Virus record (IMG/VR): IMGVR_UViG_3300047157_000163
DNA: 64,000 bases
Direction: 5' to 3' (one strand)
Origin: an uncultured virus (IMG/VR IMGVR_UViG_3300047157_000163)
Taxonomy: Duplodnaviria > Heunggongvirae > Uroviricota > Caudoviricetes > Crassvirales
The notes beneath the pieces were generated by a model, which ran no database searches, was not told where the DNA came from, and saw nothing but the letters and a program-made list of their open reading frames with translations. The stretch's first letter is position 1, and each line of letters begins with the position of its first letter. Below are positions 37,335-48,690 of this stretch, piece by piece. Made by a program: the position numbers and the translations under genes.

Positions 37335-38021
37335 TTAAGCTTTTTCTTGTTGTGTGTTCTGTCCTTCCATTTGATTACCGATCTGGTAAACCTGAAGTTC
37401 TTTGATAGAAAGCCCTGCTAATTGTAGTATTTTAAATACTAATTCTGTTTCTTCAGAAGCGTGTAACTCAAAATTAGTAGCGTTTGTTGCGTTATATACA
37501 GCTCTTCCGGCTACCGTGTTGTAAGCCCACTCTACTGTTGCAGGTACTTTAATATAATTACACGATACTCCTGAAGTTAATGCTGCAGCTCCGTACACTT
37601 TGTACCCTGTAGCACTAGCTACAAATATTGGTCGATCGTTTGTAGGTTTAGTAAGCGGTGAAGCATTAATATATAAGTACTCATTTGCATTAATACGCTC
37701 TGCTTCAATATTGTTATAAATAATTGTACCTAACCGGTAAAGGTCGCTAGGAACTGTCCAATTAGGTGCTGAGTAAGTCATATTACCAGTCTTCTCAAAA
37801 ATATTAATCTTTTCGTTTAATAAATTGAGCATGTCTGAATACTCGGTGTCATTACCATGCATTCGGCCAAACTGATTGATATCATAAAAGTATTGCTCAA
37901 AAATATCAGACTGTGCTTGATTAGCAAACAAGTTAAATTCCTGAGGAGTTACGTACCCTCTTTGCTCTTTGTTAAGGATAGCTAATACTCTCTGGTATAC
38001 TGTATCTACGCTTACTGCCAT
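37335..38021 (-). CDS. head-tail connector/ring protein
   Basis: LNKEQRGYVTPQEFNLFANQAQ; synteny. Confidence 0.65.
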   Translation of the reverse strand: MAVSVDTVYQRVLAILNKEQRGYVTPQEFNLFANQAQSDIFEQYFYDINQFGRMHGNDTEYSDMLNLLNEKINIFEKTGNMTYSAPNWTVPSDLYRLGTIIYNNIEAERINANEYLYINASPLTKPTNDRPIFVASATGYKVYGAAALTSGVSCNYIKVPATVEWAYNTVAGRAVYNATNATNFELHASEETELVFKILQLAGLSIKELQVYQIGNQMEGQNTQQEKA

Positions 38022-38092
38022 TTTGTGTTTGTTTATGTGTATTAAGTAATTAGGCCGCTTTTTACAGCAGCCTAATTACAAAAAGATATGTA

Positions 38093-38941
38093 TTATAGCT
38101 GTTTTTCTACGGCTCGTAATACTTCCATACCCTCATCTGTTTTAAAATAAGCAGCGAGAGCTGAATATGGATGTTCATTAAACGGTACCGTCAATAGTTT
38201 CCTACCGTTATTTGCATATGTGAATGTGCGTTGATCTTGCGATAAAGTTAAAATACCGGTTTCAGTAGCTTTAATGCCAATGTTACGCAGCATAACGTTA
38301 TCATCGTTAGCTAGATCTAAGAACAAACCAGGTTGATTACGCGCAAGTATTAGTAAATCGCGTTTAAGCTCCTTAGATGACGCGTTAGATACCTGTGCTG
38401 AGCCGTATTGAGCTCTTAAAATTGCTTCTGCTTCGTCAATGTCCATCGCTTTTGCAACGGTCATTGCTTCTAACTCTAATTCAATCCAGTCAGTTTCGCT
38501 TTCTGCGATCTGTTCTGGTTTGTATTCCATAATGCGACCTTGTAGTGTATATGGGTGGTACAAAGAAAGAAGCTTTTGTAAAACTACGTTTTCTTTTGGT
38601 ACGCGCAAGATACCGTCTCTAAATACGATACGCCCTAATGTGGCTGTACCTTCTTGCTCATCAACAAATGGAGTACGTTGGTTTGTTGCGTAACGCAACT
38701 CACGGTTGTAACCTACTGTTTCGTCAAAATATAGTAAAGGAGTACGCGCAGAATGTACTGTAGGTAATGTAAACGCCAATGGCTTACGACCTGAAGTAAT
38801 TTCGTACAATCTATCTTTAAATACCCATGTGTCTACAGGTGCTGCCGGAGCTGGCGCTTCGACTATTTGTTCAACAACTGCTGCTGCAGGTGCTGGTTTT
38901 GCCGCTGGTTTTTTAGCGGCAGGCTTTTTAGCTTGTGCCAT
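38093..38941 (-). CDS. conserved-looking hypothetical protein downstream of the capsid gene
   Basis: ORF track. Confidence 0.7.
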   Translation of the reverse strand: MAQAKKPAAKKPAAKPAPAAAVVEQIVEAPAPAAPVDTWVFKDRLYEITSGRKPLAFTLPTVHSARTPLLYFDETVGYNRELRYATNQRTPFVDEQEGTATLGRIVFRDGILRVPKENVVLQKLLSLYHPYTLQGRIMEYKPEQIAESETDWIELELEAMTVAKAMDIDEAEAILRAQYGSAQVSNASSKELKRDLLILARNQPGLFLDLANDDNVMLRNIGIKATETGILTLSQDQRTFTYANNGRKLLTVPFNEHPYSALAAYFKTDEGMEVLRAVEKQL

Positions 38942-38971
38942 GATATAATATAATTAAATAAAAGATAATAA

Positions 38972-38997
38972 TCACCCCCGACCGAAGCCGAGGGTGA
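38972..38997 (-). terminator. intrinsic terminator after the major capsid gene
   Basis: TCACCCTCGGC-TTCG-GTCGGGGGTGA then T-rich. Confidence 0.8.
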
Positions 38998-39013
38998 ATA
39001 AGTATTAACTCAA

Positions 39014-40441
39014 TTATGCTGTAGTTTTCTTCAGCATTACGAAGTTGTTAGCAGCTTGAACACAAAGTGCACGCTCAGAAAGGAAGTGTACGTTCATTTC
39101 ATCAGCATCACTAGTGTAGTTGCCACCAACTGAACCAGTAACCCAAGACTTCATACGACGATCTTCAGCTTCAGAAGCACGGTAACGTACGTGTAAGAAC
39201 GGACGTGAGATGTTCTGACCCAAGTTTTGGTCGTATACAGTAGAAGTACCAGCAGGAACAATAACACCCTCTACGTCAGCAATGCTACCGCGAGTTGCAG
39301 AATCGTTCAAGTATTTCCAGTCTGTCTTGTAGAAATCGTAAGAACCACGACGGAATCCAGAGAAACCTAAGTTCAAAGCCATATCTTCAGAGTTATCGAA
39401 TACTCCGTAAGAAGTACCACCTGATCCGTAGCTATTAGCACGAGCAAGCATGTTATCGATATCCAAAGCAGTAGTACGATCCAAGAACATCATGTTCTCT
39501 TCAATAGCACCTTGCTTGTCTAATTCCTGAAGAATTACGTCAAAGTCACCTAAACCAGTTAAACCAGAAGCGTTGTTGAAGTCTTGGTCGTTAAATACCA
39601 AACCGCGAGACTCTAGAGCCGCGAATAAACCTTCAGAACCTTCGATTTTAGCAGTGTTACCAAAAGCAGCAGCTTGAGCGATATTAGATTGTGCTTTTTC
39701 AGCTTCAACCATGCTCATTTCGAGGTAGTCTTCAAAACGTAGACGAGACTCGTGCTCAGACTTCAAGTACCATAAGTATCCAGAAGTACCAGCTTCAGTA
39801 GTTACTTCAACCCAACCGATTTGAGCTACATCAGAACCTTTAACATTGTACTTATCACGTAAGATGATAGGCTTGTTGTCAAAAGTAGTGAAAGAAGCGT
39901 CCATTGAGTTTCCAGCACCTGCTGAACCTTTAGTGTACTCAGAACCGTAAACGAATGCTTTAGCATCAGTAGCAGCACGCAAAGTACCAGTACCTGCAGG
40001 CAATGTTCCGTCAGCGCTATCGTAAACTTTGATAGTAGCTACGTTACCGGCTACAGAAACAACATATGCTTTGAAAGTCTTGTAACCTTTAGATACAACC
40101 AATGTCATACCAGCACCAATCAAGTGATTAGCAGGGAATGTAATGGTAGTACCAGCAGCGTTTACTGTAAGATCATCGTAAGCGATGTGTAGACGTCCTT
40201 GCTCTTGCCATACTACGCGGTCAGAAGCCATAGGCATTTCTGCACCAACCATGCGCAAGAATCCTGATACTGTACGGTTTCCGTAGCGCTCTACTTCTTT
40301 CTCGTATACCTCAGGAAGGAATTGTTGTGTAAAGTCCATGTCAGACACAGACAAATAGTTGTCACCAAACAAGCCCTTAATAGGACGTGGAGTAAGGTGA
40401 GCTAAGTTTGCCAGACCAGCTGGCGACGTTGCAAAACTCAT
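39014..40441 (-). CDS. major capsid protein
   Basis: 475 aa after the scaffold gene, followed by a terminator; biased codon usage. Confidence 0.85.
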   Translation of the reverse strand: MSFATSPAGLANLAHLTPRPIKGLFGDNYLSVSDMDFTQQFLPEVYEKEVERYGNRTVSGFLRMVGAEMPMASDRVVWQEQGRLHIAYDDLTVNAAGTTITFPANHLIGAGMTLVVSKGYKTFKAYVVSVAGNVATIKVYDSADGTLPAGTGTLRAATDAKAFVYGSEYTKGSAGAGNSMDASFTTFDNKPIILRDKYNVKGSDVAQIGWVEVTTEAGTSGYLWYLKSEHESRLRFEDYLEMSMVEAEKAQSNIAQAAAFGNTAKIEGSEGLFAALESRGLVFNDQDFNNASGLTGLGDFDVILQELDKQGAIEENMMFLDRTTALDIDNMLARANSYGSGGTSYGVFDNSEDMALNLGFSGFRRGSYDFYKTDWKYLNDSATRGSIADVEGVIVPAGTSTVYDQNLGQNISRPFLHVRYRASEAEDRRMKSWVTGSVGGNYTSDADEMNVHFLSERALCVQAANNFVMLKKTTA

Positions 40442-40461
40442 TTCTTATTTGTTTTAATGAA

Positions 40462-41592
40462 TTATTTTTTAAACTTGACCTTGAGTTTAGAAGTGCTTTC
40501 CCCCTCATTTACAGCGCGTATAGTCCACCCGTTTTGTGTCGTAACTTTTTCATGAGTCCCTCTCGGATTCATATCGACATTCTTCGTGCGTGCCATACTA
40601 TCCTTTACTGCATCGGCTTTGCCTTGCTCGTAAAAGTGTTGTGCAACTTGATCGGCATTCATAGCTGTGAACAGCGATTTATGATAACCCTTGGCGTCTT
40701 TCATTTCCCCCTTTTCATCCAAGAACTTCTTGATAAAGTTGTTAATGTCGCCTTGAGTTTCTTTAACCTGGCCAGCATCTTTAACCTTAAAGCGGTACTT
40801 CTTGTCGCCAACGCTGTAATCGAAACCTTCGAATTTGTCGCTGAATACTTTCTCGCTTTCTTGTGTAAACCTACTGGTTTGTCGTTCTGCTACTTTAGCA
40901 GCTTCTTCACTCTCCTTATTATAACGATTGAAAAATTCAACCGCTTTTTGCTGTTCTGGATTCAATCTTGAACCCATTTTAATTTCGTCGTAGTATTTAG
41001 ACTTTAAACCGTCTAAATGATTTTTAGCCTCTGATAATGCTTGTTTACGCTCTAGTTTCTTTAAACGTATTTCACGCTCATCATCAACGTCTTCGTCGTA
41101 AGAAAACTTATCGGCTAATAAGAAGTCAATGTCTTCACGGTCGTAAGCACTAAACTTAGTTTCATAGTATTCTCGAAGTAATTGATCCTCGTTTAAACTA
41201 GAATAGTCTGTGTTAAGACGTACATAATCTTCTAAAGAGCCACCTGTTTCATCCATAAAGTCTACGACTTTTTGAATATTTTCAGGTAAGCTAGCCCCAG
41301 CTTTTGCGGATTCTTGAATTGCTTCTGCAACTTCTTCTTCCAACTGTTCTGTAGCCTCTTCTACCTCTTCGTCTGTAATTTCCATTAAGACAGGCTCTTC
41401 AGGCGCTTCCTCTTTTACCGGTGCCTCGACCGGCGCTTCCTCAACAACTGGCTCCTCTACCGGAGCTTCTTCTACAGGTTGCTCAACAGGTTCTTCTGCT
41501 GGCGCTTCTTGTGGTGTTGCTGAGAAATCTACTTTAATAGTACCATCATCACCCTGTGAAACAGGTGATGTGTCTTTAGTTTCTTCACTCAT
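40462..41592 (-). CDS. capsid scaffolding protein
   Basis: Glu/Pro-rich N-terminus, helical, between portal and capsid genes. Confidence 0.75.
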   Translation of the reverse strand: MSEETKDTSPVSQGDDGTIKVDFSATPQEAPAEEPVEQPVEEAPVEEPVVEEAPVEAPVKEEAPEEPVLMEITDEEVEEATEQLEEEVAEAIQESAKAGASLPENIQKVVDFMDETGGSLEDYVRLNTDYSSLNEDQLLREYYETKFSAYDREDIDFLLADKFSYDEDVDDEREIRLKKLERKQALSEAKNHLDGLKSKYYDEIKMGSRLNPEQQKAVEFFNRYNKESEEAAKVAERQTSRFTQESEKVFSDKFEGFDYSVGDKKYRFKVKDAGQVKETQGDINNFIKKFLDEKGEMKDAKGYHKSLFTAMNADQVAQHFYEQGKADAVKDSMARTKNVDMNPRGTHEKVTTQNGWTIRAVNEGESTSKLKVKFKK

Positions 41593-41624
41593 GATAAAAT
41601 ATTATATAATTGTTATGGTTATTA

Positions 41625-44054
41625 TTACCTAGGTTCGAAGCTTCCTAAACCAAATCCACCGCCAAGTATATCATTACCAGAGGATTCGAAGTCTTTAGGT
41701 GCTCCACCTTTTTGTCTTTGGTCTATAAGTTCGCTTTGCTGCGAGGCTTGTATTTTGGTTCTTTCGTCTTTACGGTCTTCAGTTTCAGAGATTTTGGTTT
41801 TTGCTGCATCTACTTCCAGCCCCTTCAACTTCATGTTATATTGAAACTCAAGTGCCATTAATTGCATCTTAGCTTCCACCTCTTTATCAATTCTAGCTTG
41901 CTCTATTTGTGCTTTCAGCTGTTCTAACTGCGACTTAGTTTGTAAAGAAGCTTGATCTTTCTGCATTTCTGCTTGAGCAGCAACTTGTTGTGCTTGTGCA
42001 TTTGCCTGCGCTTGAGCCTGCATATTCTGCTGTTGCATCATTTGATCGCGCTCTTGCTTTTTCTTACGGCGTAGCTTCAATAATTGGTTAGCTAGCTTTA
42101 AGTTTTTAACTTCGCGGATATCAATAGCATCGTCTAAGTCTATAAGCCCAGCGGATAAAGCTGTTTGAATGTTGTTTTCTAAAAGCGATTTTTCTTCTTC
42201 ATCTGGAGATAGCTCTAAAGAAATACCAAAGTCATGCAAATGCAAATCTTCCATTTCGTTTAGTATACCTACATTATGCCCACCTACTTTTTGTATAAAT
42301 GCCGCTTTAGACGCATCAAACTCTAATATGTCCGAAATACGCAAAGATAAACACTCAGCTGTTTCAGCTGTTAAGAACAATCCTGCATCTAATATATGGC
42401 GCGTTGCTGTATTAGAATTTGCAGCTGCCATTTTTTGCACACCTACTAATGCTCTTGAATCAGGTGAAGAACCATCACGAGCTTCATTAAGACCCGTTAC
42501 ATCACGAATCATCTGCAGGTAATAGTTATATGTTTGTATAAGAGTTTGTAGCTTTTGACCGCCCGCTCCGGTTTGTAATGGCTGAATTGGCACTTTGCCG
42601 GGGTTCATATCACCCTCACTAGTAAACGAACGACCAATAACAGAACCCGTCTGGAAGAACATGTTAAGTGCCTCTTGCGGGTTGTAATTTGTACCGTTAC
42701 CTAAATCTATTTCAGCTAAGCCGTCAGCATCCATATATACCCCATCGGGCATCATTCTTTGTAATACCTGCTGCATTTTTAAATGCGTAAGCTGTATCAT
42801 ATCAGCAAAACCAGTACAACGGCTTACGATAGATTCAATCTTACCCTTATACATACGTGGTGCCACGATGCTGTAGTTCATCTTAACCTTAGCGTAATCG
42901 CTCTTAGGGCGCATCATATTTTTAGCCATTTCCCACTTAAGCATGATGTCAGTACCTAATATAAGTACACCCTCATACAATACTTCTAGCGAGCGGGCCA
43001 TTTTGCCAAACTCAGCTTCCAGCAATTCTTTCGGAGGATCAAACTGATCGTCTCTTACTATAATTTTAGAAGCACCAGTTGCGGTTTCTTTAACTTTATA
43101 CACCTCGTTCATGTACGTTTTATAGTTAAAGTATAATACCTGCACTACATTGTTGTCACGAACGTCATGATTTACTAATGACTGATCGTATCCAGCACTG
43201 TGGTTTTTTGACCCTTGTTGCTGTATTTTTTGTAATTGGCTTTCGTCTAAATCCGGAAATTGCTTCTTAAGCTCGTTTAGCGGTACAAATTTTACTTCAC
43301 CTACATAATATATGTCTTCGAAGTAAGGAGACTCACTATAAGAGTGTACCAGGTAAGCTGGATCAACATAGTCTACCGTTACTCCTTCTGATTGGCTAAA
43401 GCTATTTTTGACTGCTGCAACCCCTAAAGTTGTAAGATCGTAATAAAGACGCTTTTTAGTTAAATCGTAATGATTGCCATCAAGTAAAGTATTGATAGCT
43501 ACTTCTTCTGCTATTTCTACGCCTTGTTTGTAGCTTAGCTGCATGTGTAATTCAAGCTCTTCTTTAGAATCTGGCAACTGCTCTGGGCTGTTTTCAAACA
43601 AATTCATTCCAAATTGCTCTTGTGCAAACTCATTTAGCTCTTTTGTTTGCAAGTCACGTATAATAGATTCCATATACTTTGTGCGTTTGCTTACACCGTA
43701 CGGATCTTGTGAATATGCTTTTAAATCAAAAGAACGATCTGCAATACCGTTAACTACAATATCCACAAATTTAGATAATATAGGTACTGGCTTCCAGTCG
43801 AGGTTTAAGTAAGACAAATCACCATTTACAGATAGCTCATCTTTATATTTCTGAACGCTTTGCTCACCACGCGCATACAATCTCAGGTTATGAAACGTAT
43901 TTTGGTTGCTTCTGAAACGAGTAGTACCCGAATTACTCGAGAACCATTCGTTTTGAATAGCTCTACCTACTTGCAACCCATACTCCTGCGACATCTTTTC
44001 AGCATCGCTAGCTATTTGGCTGGGGAAAGCGCTATTTGAAACCGACTTAACCAT
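41625..44054 (-). CDS. portal protein
   Basis: 809 aa directly after the terminase; IRDVTGLN; Gln-rich coiled-coil tail. Confidence 0.85.
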   Translation of the reverse strand: MVKSVSNSAFPSQIASDAEKMSQEYGLQVGRAIQNEWFSSNSGTTRFRSNQNTFHNLRLYARGEQSVQKYKDELSVNGDLSYLNLDWKPVPILSKFVDIVVNGIADRSFDLKAYSQDPYGVSKRTKYMESIIRDLQTKELNEFAQEQFGMNLFENSPEQLPDSKEELELHMQLSYKQGVEIAEEVAINTLLDGNHYDLTKKRLYYDLTTLGVAAVKNSFSQSEGVTVDYVDPAYLVHSYSESPYFEDIYYVGEVKFVPLNELKKQFPDLDESQLQKIQQQGSKNHSAGYDQSLVNHDVRDNNVVQVLYFNYKTYMNEVYKVKETATGASKIIVRDDQFDPPKELLEAEFGKMARSLEVLYEGVLILGTDIMLKWEMAKNMMRPKSDYAKVKMNYSIVAPRMYKGKIESIVSRCTGFADMIQLTHLKMQQVLQRMMPDGVYMDADGLAEIDLGNGTNYNPQEALNMFFQTGSVIGRSFTSEGDMNPGKVPIQPLQTGAGGQKLQTLIQTYNYYLQMIRDVTGLNEARDGSSPDSRALVGVQKMAAANSNTATRHILDAGLFLTAETAECLSLRISDILEFDASKAAFIQKVGGHNVGILNEMEDLHLHDFGISLELSPDEEEKSLLENNIQTALSAGLIDLDDAIDIREVKNLKLANQLLKLRRKKKQERDQMMQQQNMQAQAQANAQAQQVAAQAEMQKDQASLQTKSQLEQLKAQIEQARIDKEVEAKMQLMALEFQYNMKLKGLEVDAAKTKISETEDRKDERTKIQASQQSELIDQRQKGGAPKDFESSGNDILGGGFGLGSFEPR

Positions 44055-44057
44055 AAA

Positions 44058-46270
44058 TTATTTTATTATTTCTGAACTCAAACCCTCTTGACGGAATTTT
44101 GAAATCTTTATATTCAACTTTGTTCTTTCTAATTTACCTACTGGCCTATACAACTCTTTGTTACATGCCATTATTGCTAAGCCTGAACTTATTGCGGCAT
44201 CATATTTAGTACGTTTGTTTATATCAAACTTAGACCAGTCGTTTAGTGTTTCGTTAAAGTACATGTTGCCATACTGCCCGTCTTCCATTAAACCTACGTA
44301 CTTATCTACGTACATTTCAATTGCTGCAGCGTGTGCTTGTTTCATATCCTCGCTCGAGTTAGGAACACCACCAATTTCTTTTTCCGTTACTGATAGCTTG
44401 TTCCAAAGTCTATCCGGTCGGTTCATAGAGTATCCTCTGTAACCGCGGCGCTTAAAATGATAAAGCAACCTAGGTTTGTTATTCTCTGCTAGTATAGGCA
44501 TACCGTAAAAAATACAGGCCATTAATACATCTTCAAAAAATATTTCAGCGGTTTGTGGTCTGGCTATATATTCAAGGAAGAATGAACTTGGTGGTGCATC
44601 TTCCATAGTAAACTTAGTGAGCCCGTGTAAAGCTCCTTTTGAACCTTTGCCGTCGGTAGTTCCTGATATGTCGTAACTATCGCAACCAAATGCGCCGACG
44701 TGTTCATTGCCCGGGTATTTAACACCATTTTTTGTGATTTGCCTGTTCTGAAGTTCAGCTCCTGGTATCCAGGACACTTTAAATCTTCCCTGAGGAGTTG
44801 GCATAAACACAACTTTTGTATCTTTCACACCGTTAACCCACTGAAAATTACCAGTGGTTACAACATTAGTATTACGCAGATCTTCATTATAATCAACCTG
44901 TTCGTATATTTTTGCAAGATTAAACAAGCTATTTTTTGTTTCATCTCTAAACGCGTGTTCTTCTGTACGTGGAAACTGGCGGTAATATTCGTTCAAACCG
45001 TCTTGGTCTTGCTTAAGACCTTCAACTTCATTGTTCCAGTAATCTATAACCCCTTGTTCAATAGTGTCCCCAAAAGGATCTAACACTTTTTCTTCAGGGG
45101 TATTAAATACTGGTTGTCCATACTGATCAATAAATCCTTCGTAGTTCCACTCCATAGGTATAAAGAGTGAATATAGCCCAGATTTAGTTTGGCCATTCGA
45201 GTTTCTTTTACTTACGTCAGAGTCATTATATAACTTTTTGAAGTTCTCACCTCCTTTATCTAATGAATTCGATGTCGAACCCATTAAACACTTGCCTATA
45301 ATTCTAGCTCCCAAACGTAACGTAGTTTTTGTAACTCGCCAGTTGTTTAATATGTTATCCGGTCTTTCCCATTTACCACTCTCATCATGCACTAAAAGCT
45401 TTAAGCTTTTCACCATCATAAGAGTTGTCTCCCTGTATTCTTCCAGTCAATAGTTGTATCAAGACCCTCAAGCTCTATTTGCTTTTCCTTTGCCTGAATT
45501 GATTTACGGGTTAGCTTAGAAGCAGGAACCCTATATGCCAGTTCAGTCTTCGGTCTATCCATACCATCTTGTATAGGTTTGAAGAAAAACGGGTAGTTAA
45601 CGGATATCGGTACAACTTTATCGGTAAACATTTTTTTGGCATCACTACCTGACTTTGATAGTATACCAAATCTGGCATCACTGGAGATGGTCGCCAAGTT
45701 GACTGTTTCTCCTGAAGCCATAAATGAGAATCCACTCCGTCTGTTCTTAAGATAGCACATTCCGTAGCTTCTTGTATCGGCTTTACAGGCTTCCCAAAAT
45801 ATAAAGAAGAGTCTGTTTGCTTCACGGTAGTCGGGATTACCGACATCAATCTTACTCCACTGCAAGTACATGTAATGAGTCCCAGTGATATAAGTAGGAG
45901 TCCCCTTGTTATAAAACCAGTAACCGCCATCACGCCTGTTGAATTCTTCATCAATGTATCCCTCCCAATTGCTCTTAAACTCATCTGGATAGGTTTGCCA
46001 ATCAAATATACTCTTGATTCTTTTAAGCTCTTTAGGATACTCCTGAACAGCCCATTTATCTAAGCCTTTAGTTAATCCTTTCGGTGCTGGCGGCAATGCT
46101 ATACACAAGTTTTGCACTTCTAGTATTTGCCCTATCTGCCCAGTCTTACTGATAACAACTATATCGTGTTCCTTGTTGTAACCATATTTCCAAGACTTGG
46201 ATCTATTTAATCTGCTGATTGTTGTAAGCTTTACAGGCTCAACAACTTTTACTAGGCTTTGCTCGTACAT
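44058..46270 (-). CDS. terL: terminase large subunit, split by two apparent 1-nt insertions
   Basis: KNRRSGFS Walker A-like, LLVHDESGKW Walker B, GCDSYD and YDAAISSG nuclease motifs; span is 2211+2 nt. Confidence 0.85.
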
Positions 46271-46548
46271 TACCTAGATCTTTTTTCAGCAAACCCTGAG
46301 AATGTTTTCTTTTCTTTTTCTTCTTTCGGTTTGTTCTCAAGTATGCGCTCTTCCTCTTCGATGCGAGTAAGTATTTCAAACGCGTCAAAGATTGCTAGCT
46401 TTTTAGTCGCAGCAGCATTTTTTAAGCGGTCAGCAGAAACATCATCTTCCGTATTGGTAATGATTTTTTCTTGCGCAACCTTTATAAGTTCCTCAACTGC
46501 TTTGCGACCAGCTAGGATTATATTCTTTTTCGCTTGCTTGGTGTCCAT
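46270..46548 (-). CDS. putative terminase small subunit
   Basis: 92-aa helical protein immediately upstream of terL. Confidence 0.5.
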   Translation of the reverse strand: MDTKQAKKNIILAGRKAVEELIKVAQEKIITNTEDDVSADRLKNAAATKKLAIFDAFEILTRIEEEERILENKPKEEKEKKTFSGFAEKRSR

Positions 46549-47083
46549 ACTTGATTGTAATTCGATTTGCGGGAACACGGTAAACCTTCTCCCCTTCAAT
46601 ATTAAATTCGTATTCTGTACCAGGTGTGAACCCTATAAGCTCTCCACTTTCAAACCCTTCGTAAGCGTATTTAACTTTTCCTATCAAAGGAAGCTCGTTA
46701 TGTTCAGAAAACATACGCTCGTCTAACATAGGCTTAACGAATATGAAACCCGCTACAGGTTTCCATTCTCCATCACGTTTAAACGCATATATCTGATCAG
46801 GGTATACAAAGTACTTATCCTCTTCGTAATATGAGCGGCTGTTCTTTTCAGCGCCTCTTACATCTCTAAATCTTCTAAAGACGTTATGATGAACAATAAC
46901 TTCATCACCAGGAAGCAACCCTAAATCGTTTACTTTGGGTATAGCTTTGACCACTCCGTGTCTGCTAGTATAAAGATGGTTTTGTAATTCTGTATTTAAC
47001 AACAGTGTTACACCATTTATTTCTTTTTCTGATGTGGTTCTCTTAGCATACGGAGATACCATAAAGTTGTATATGCTTTGCAT
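46493..47083 (-). CDS. divergent GroES-like protein
   Basis: GVVKAIP...GDEVIVHHN and a second FIFVKP...GKVKY...GELIGF repeat. Confidence 0.55.
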   Translation of the reverse strand: MQSIYNFMVSPYAKRTTSEKEINGVTLLLNTELQNHLYTSRHGVVKAIPKVNDLGLLPGDEVIVHHNVFRRFRDVRGAEKNSRSYYEEDKYFVYPDQIYAFKRDGEWKPVAGFIFVKPMLDERMFSEHNELPLIGKVKYAYEGFESGELIGFTPGTEYEFNIEGEKVYRVPANRITIKYGHQASEKEYNPSWSQSS

Positions 47084-47322
47084 TACCACTTAAGATCATA
47101 TTCAATAGAGATAGCCATGTTCTTATTAAAGTCTTTCCACGGCATTACCAAATCTCCTTTTTGAATATAGACAGAGTACTTATCTTCCTCTTCTAATATG
47201 TTAACTATAGTATGACCGCCATACACTTCCTGTCCAACAGAATAGTGCATGGCGTCATTTTTATAGTCCTTGCCGATACTAAGCTTCCTTATTATCTGCA
47301 TCATTAGGAGTGATAGCCCCAT
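47083..47322 (-). CDS. hypothetical protein
   Basis: ORF track; likely start at M(M)QIIRKLSIG. Confidence 0.65.
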   Translation of the reverse strand: MGLSLLMMQIIRKLSIGKDYKNDAMHYSVGQEVYGGHTIVNILEEEDKYSVYIQKGDLVMPWKDFNKNMAISIEYDLKW

Positions 47323-47545
47323 CTTGTAAGTTGATACTTACGTCTCCATAAGTTTTTTCTAGATCAGCTTGTACCTCAGCTAGCTTAGTGCGCAATGCTT
47401 TAACATTATCCATAAGCTCGTTCTTTTGCATTTCCGATGCACCAATTTGCATTTGAATCTGCTGTAGAGCGTTAACGTACTTTTGTACTTCAGTTAGCTC
47501 GTCTGCTGTGATTGCTTTAGCAACCGCTTCTTTCTTCTTTCCCAT
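47279..47545 (-). CDS. coiled-coil protein
   Basis: heptad pattern ending YGDVSINLQDG. Confidence 0.7.
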   Translation of the reverse strand: MGKKKEAVAKAITADELTEVQKYVNALQQIQMQIGASEMQKNELMDNVKALRTKLAEVQADLEKTYGDVSINLQDGAITPNDADNKEA

Positions 47546-47580
47546 TTGATTTAATTTAATTTAATTGTTTTATTTTAAAA

Positions 47581-47898
47581 TTAGCAGTTCCATCTACGGC
47601 GTGCTGCTCTACCACGTTCACTTGTCCAACTTTTTGAGCGAGCACAAAATGCTCTACGGCGCTTTGCAGCCTTGCTTCCTGCCTTTAACTTTGAAGGCGG
47701 AGTAGTTACTGCTGTTTGCAATTTACTACCTGGATTGTTCTTTTTATAATTTTTAACGCCTTTTTCTGTCATTCCGCCACCAGCGGCAGCACCTGTAGCA
47801 CTTGCCGAACGAACTTCGTTATAGTTTCCTTCTGATTTTTTACGTGATGGGGCGTCGCCTTTCGCTTTGAAAGGTGAGTTGTGTTGTACGTATGCCAT
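47581..47898 (-). CDS. small basic protein (MAYVQHNSPFK...)
   Basis: ORF track. Confidence 0.75.
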   Translation of the reverse strand: MAYVQHNSPFKAKGDAPSRKKSEGNYNEVRSASATGAAAGGGMTEKGVKNYKKNNPGSKLQTAVTTPPSKLKAGSKAAKRRRAFCARSKSWTSERGRAARRRWNC

Positions 47899-47909
47899 GC
47901 TATTTACCT

Positions 47910-48401
47910 TTAAAGTATCCTTTTTTCATTACCACGTGCAGTGCCTAAATACTTATTGTCAAGAGTTTTAAACTGACGAACATTTTCATTACCACCTTGC
48001 TCATATTGTGCTAAAGATCTATCTACTCCACCAGCTTTTGAAGCTTCTTGTTGAGCTTTACTAAGCCCACGGCTTGCAGCGTAATTTTGGCTGTATTGTG
48101 CAAATTTTTCTGCGCCGCTGCCTGTAGCACCACCTGTTTTTTCGTTTAGTGCATCAAACGTACTTACAATTTTATCTTTAGAAACATTGCCCTTCATAAA
48201 ATCGCGACGCTCTTTATAGTTACCAAATAAACCAGATTTTTCATCTGATTGGCGAGCATACTCTTTAGCTAACTTTCTGTTTTGTTTTCTTTCAAAGTTT
48301 TCATTTCTATTAACCGAACGATTAACCATTAAGTTGTTTCTATAGTCCCCTACAGTGCCTACTCTTGTACTTGTTTCTTCAACCTTAGGAGTGAAGCCCA
48401 T
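47910..48401 (-). CDS. basic hypothetical protein, possibly 5'-truncated
   Basis: frame stays open ~15 codons upstream of the Met. Confidence 0.6.
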   Translation of the reverse strand: MGFTPKVEETSTRVGTVGDYRNNLMVNRSVNRNENFERKQNRKLAKEYARQSDEKSGLFGNYKERRDFMKGNVSKDKIVSTFDALNEKTGGATGSGAEKFAQYSQNYAASRGLSKAQQEASKAGGVDRSLAQYEQGGNENVRQFKTLDNKYLGTARGNEKRIL

Positions 48402-48426
48402 TTCTTTATCAGGGTTATCTACTGTT

Positions 48427-48690
48427 TCATGTATCTTTTTTCCAGATTACGCTATCTTCAGTATAATCTAAACGGTTTTGGTGCATTTGATTTAAATGCA
48501 CTTTCTCATGTTCAACCGCTTCTTCTTTTTGCTTTGGTGATAACCCCTTATCAATAAAAATAGTTCCGTCACGATTAGCCTCCGCCATCACTTGACCACC
48601 TAAATCTTTTTCAAATACAGGTGCATCAAATGTTGAGGTTTGCTCATCGTAACCGAACAGGGTACTTTTATCCTTAAGCTTAAATGGCAT
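48427..48690 (-). CDS. small HExxH metallopeptidase-like protein, possibly 3'-truncated
   Basis: AEANRDGTIFID...HEKVH. Confidence 0.65.
   Translation of the reverse strand: MPFKLKDKSTLFGYDEQTSTFDAPVFEKDLGGQVMAEANRDGTIFIDKGLSPKQKEEAVEHEKVHLNQMHQNRLDYTEDSVIWKKDT

Noticed and set aside
45400..45433. terL split as programmed frameshift, intron or two-gene terminase
   Set aside because: Removing one G (45431-45433) and one A (45400-45402) in homopolymers restores ...KNTGDNSYDGEKLKLLVHDESGKW; most likely sequencing error
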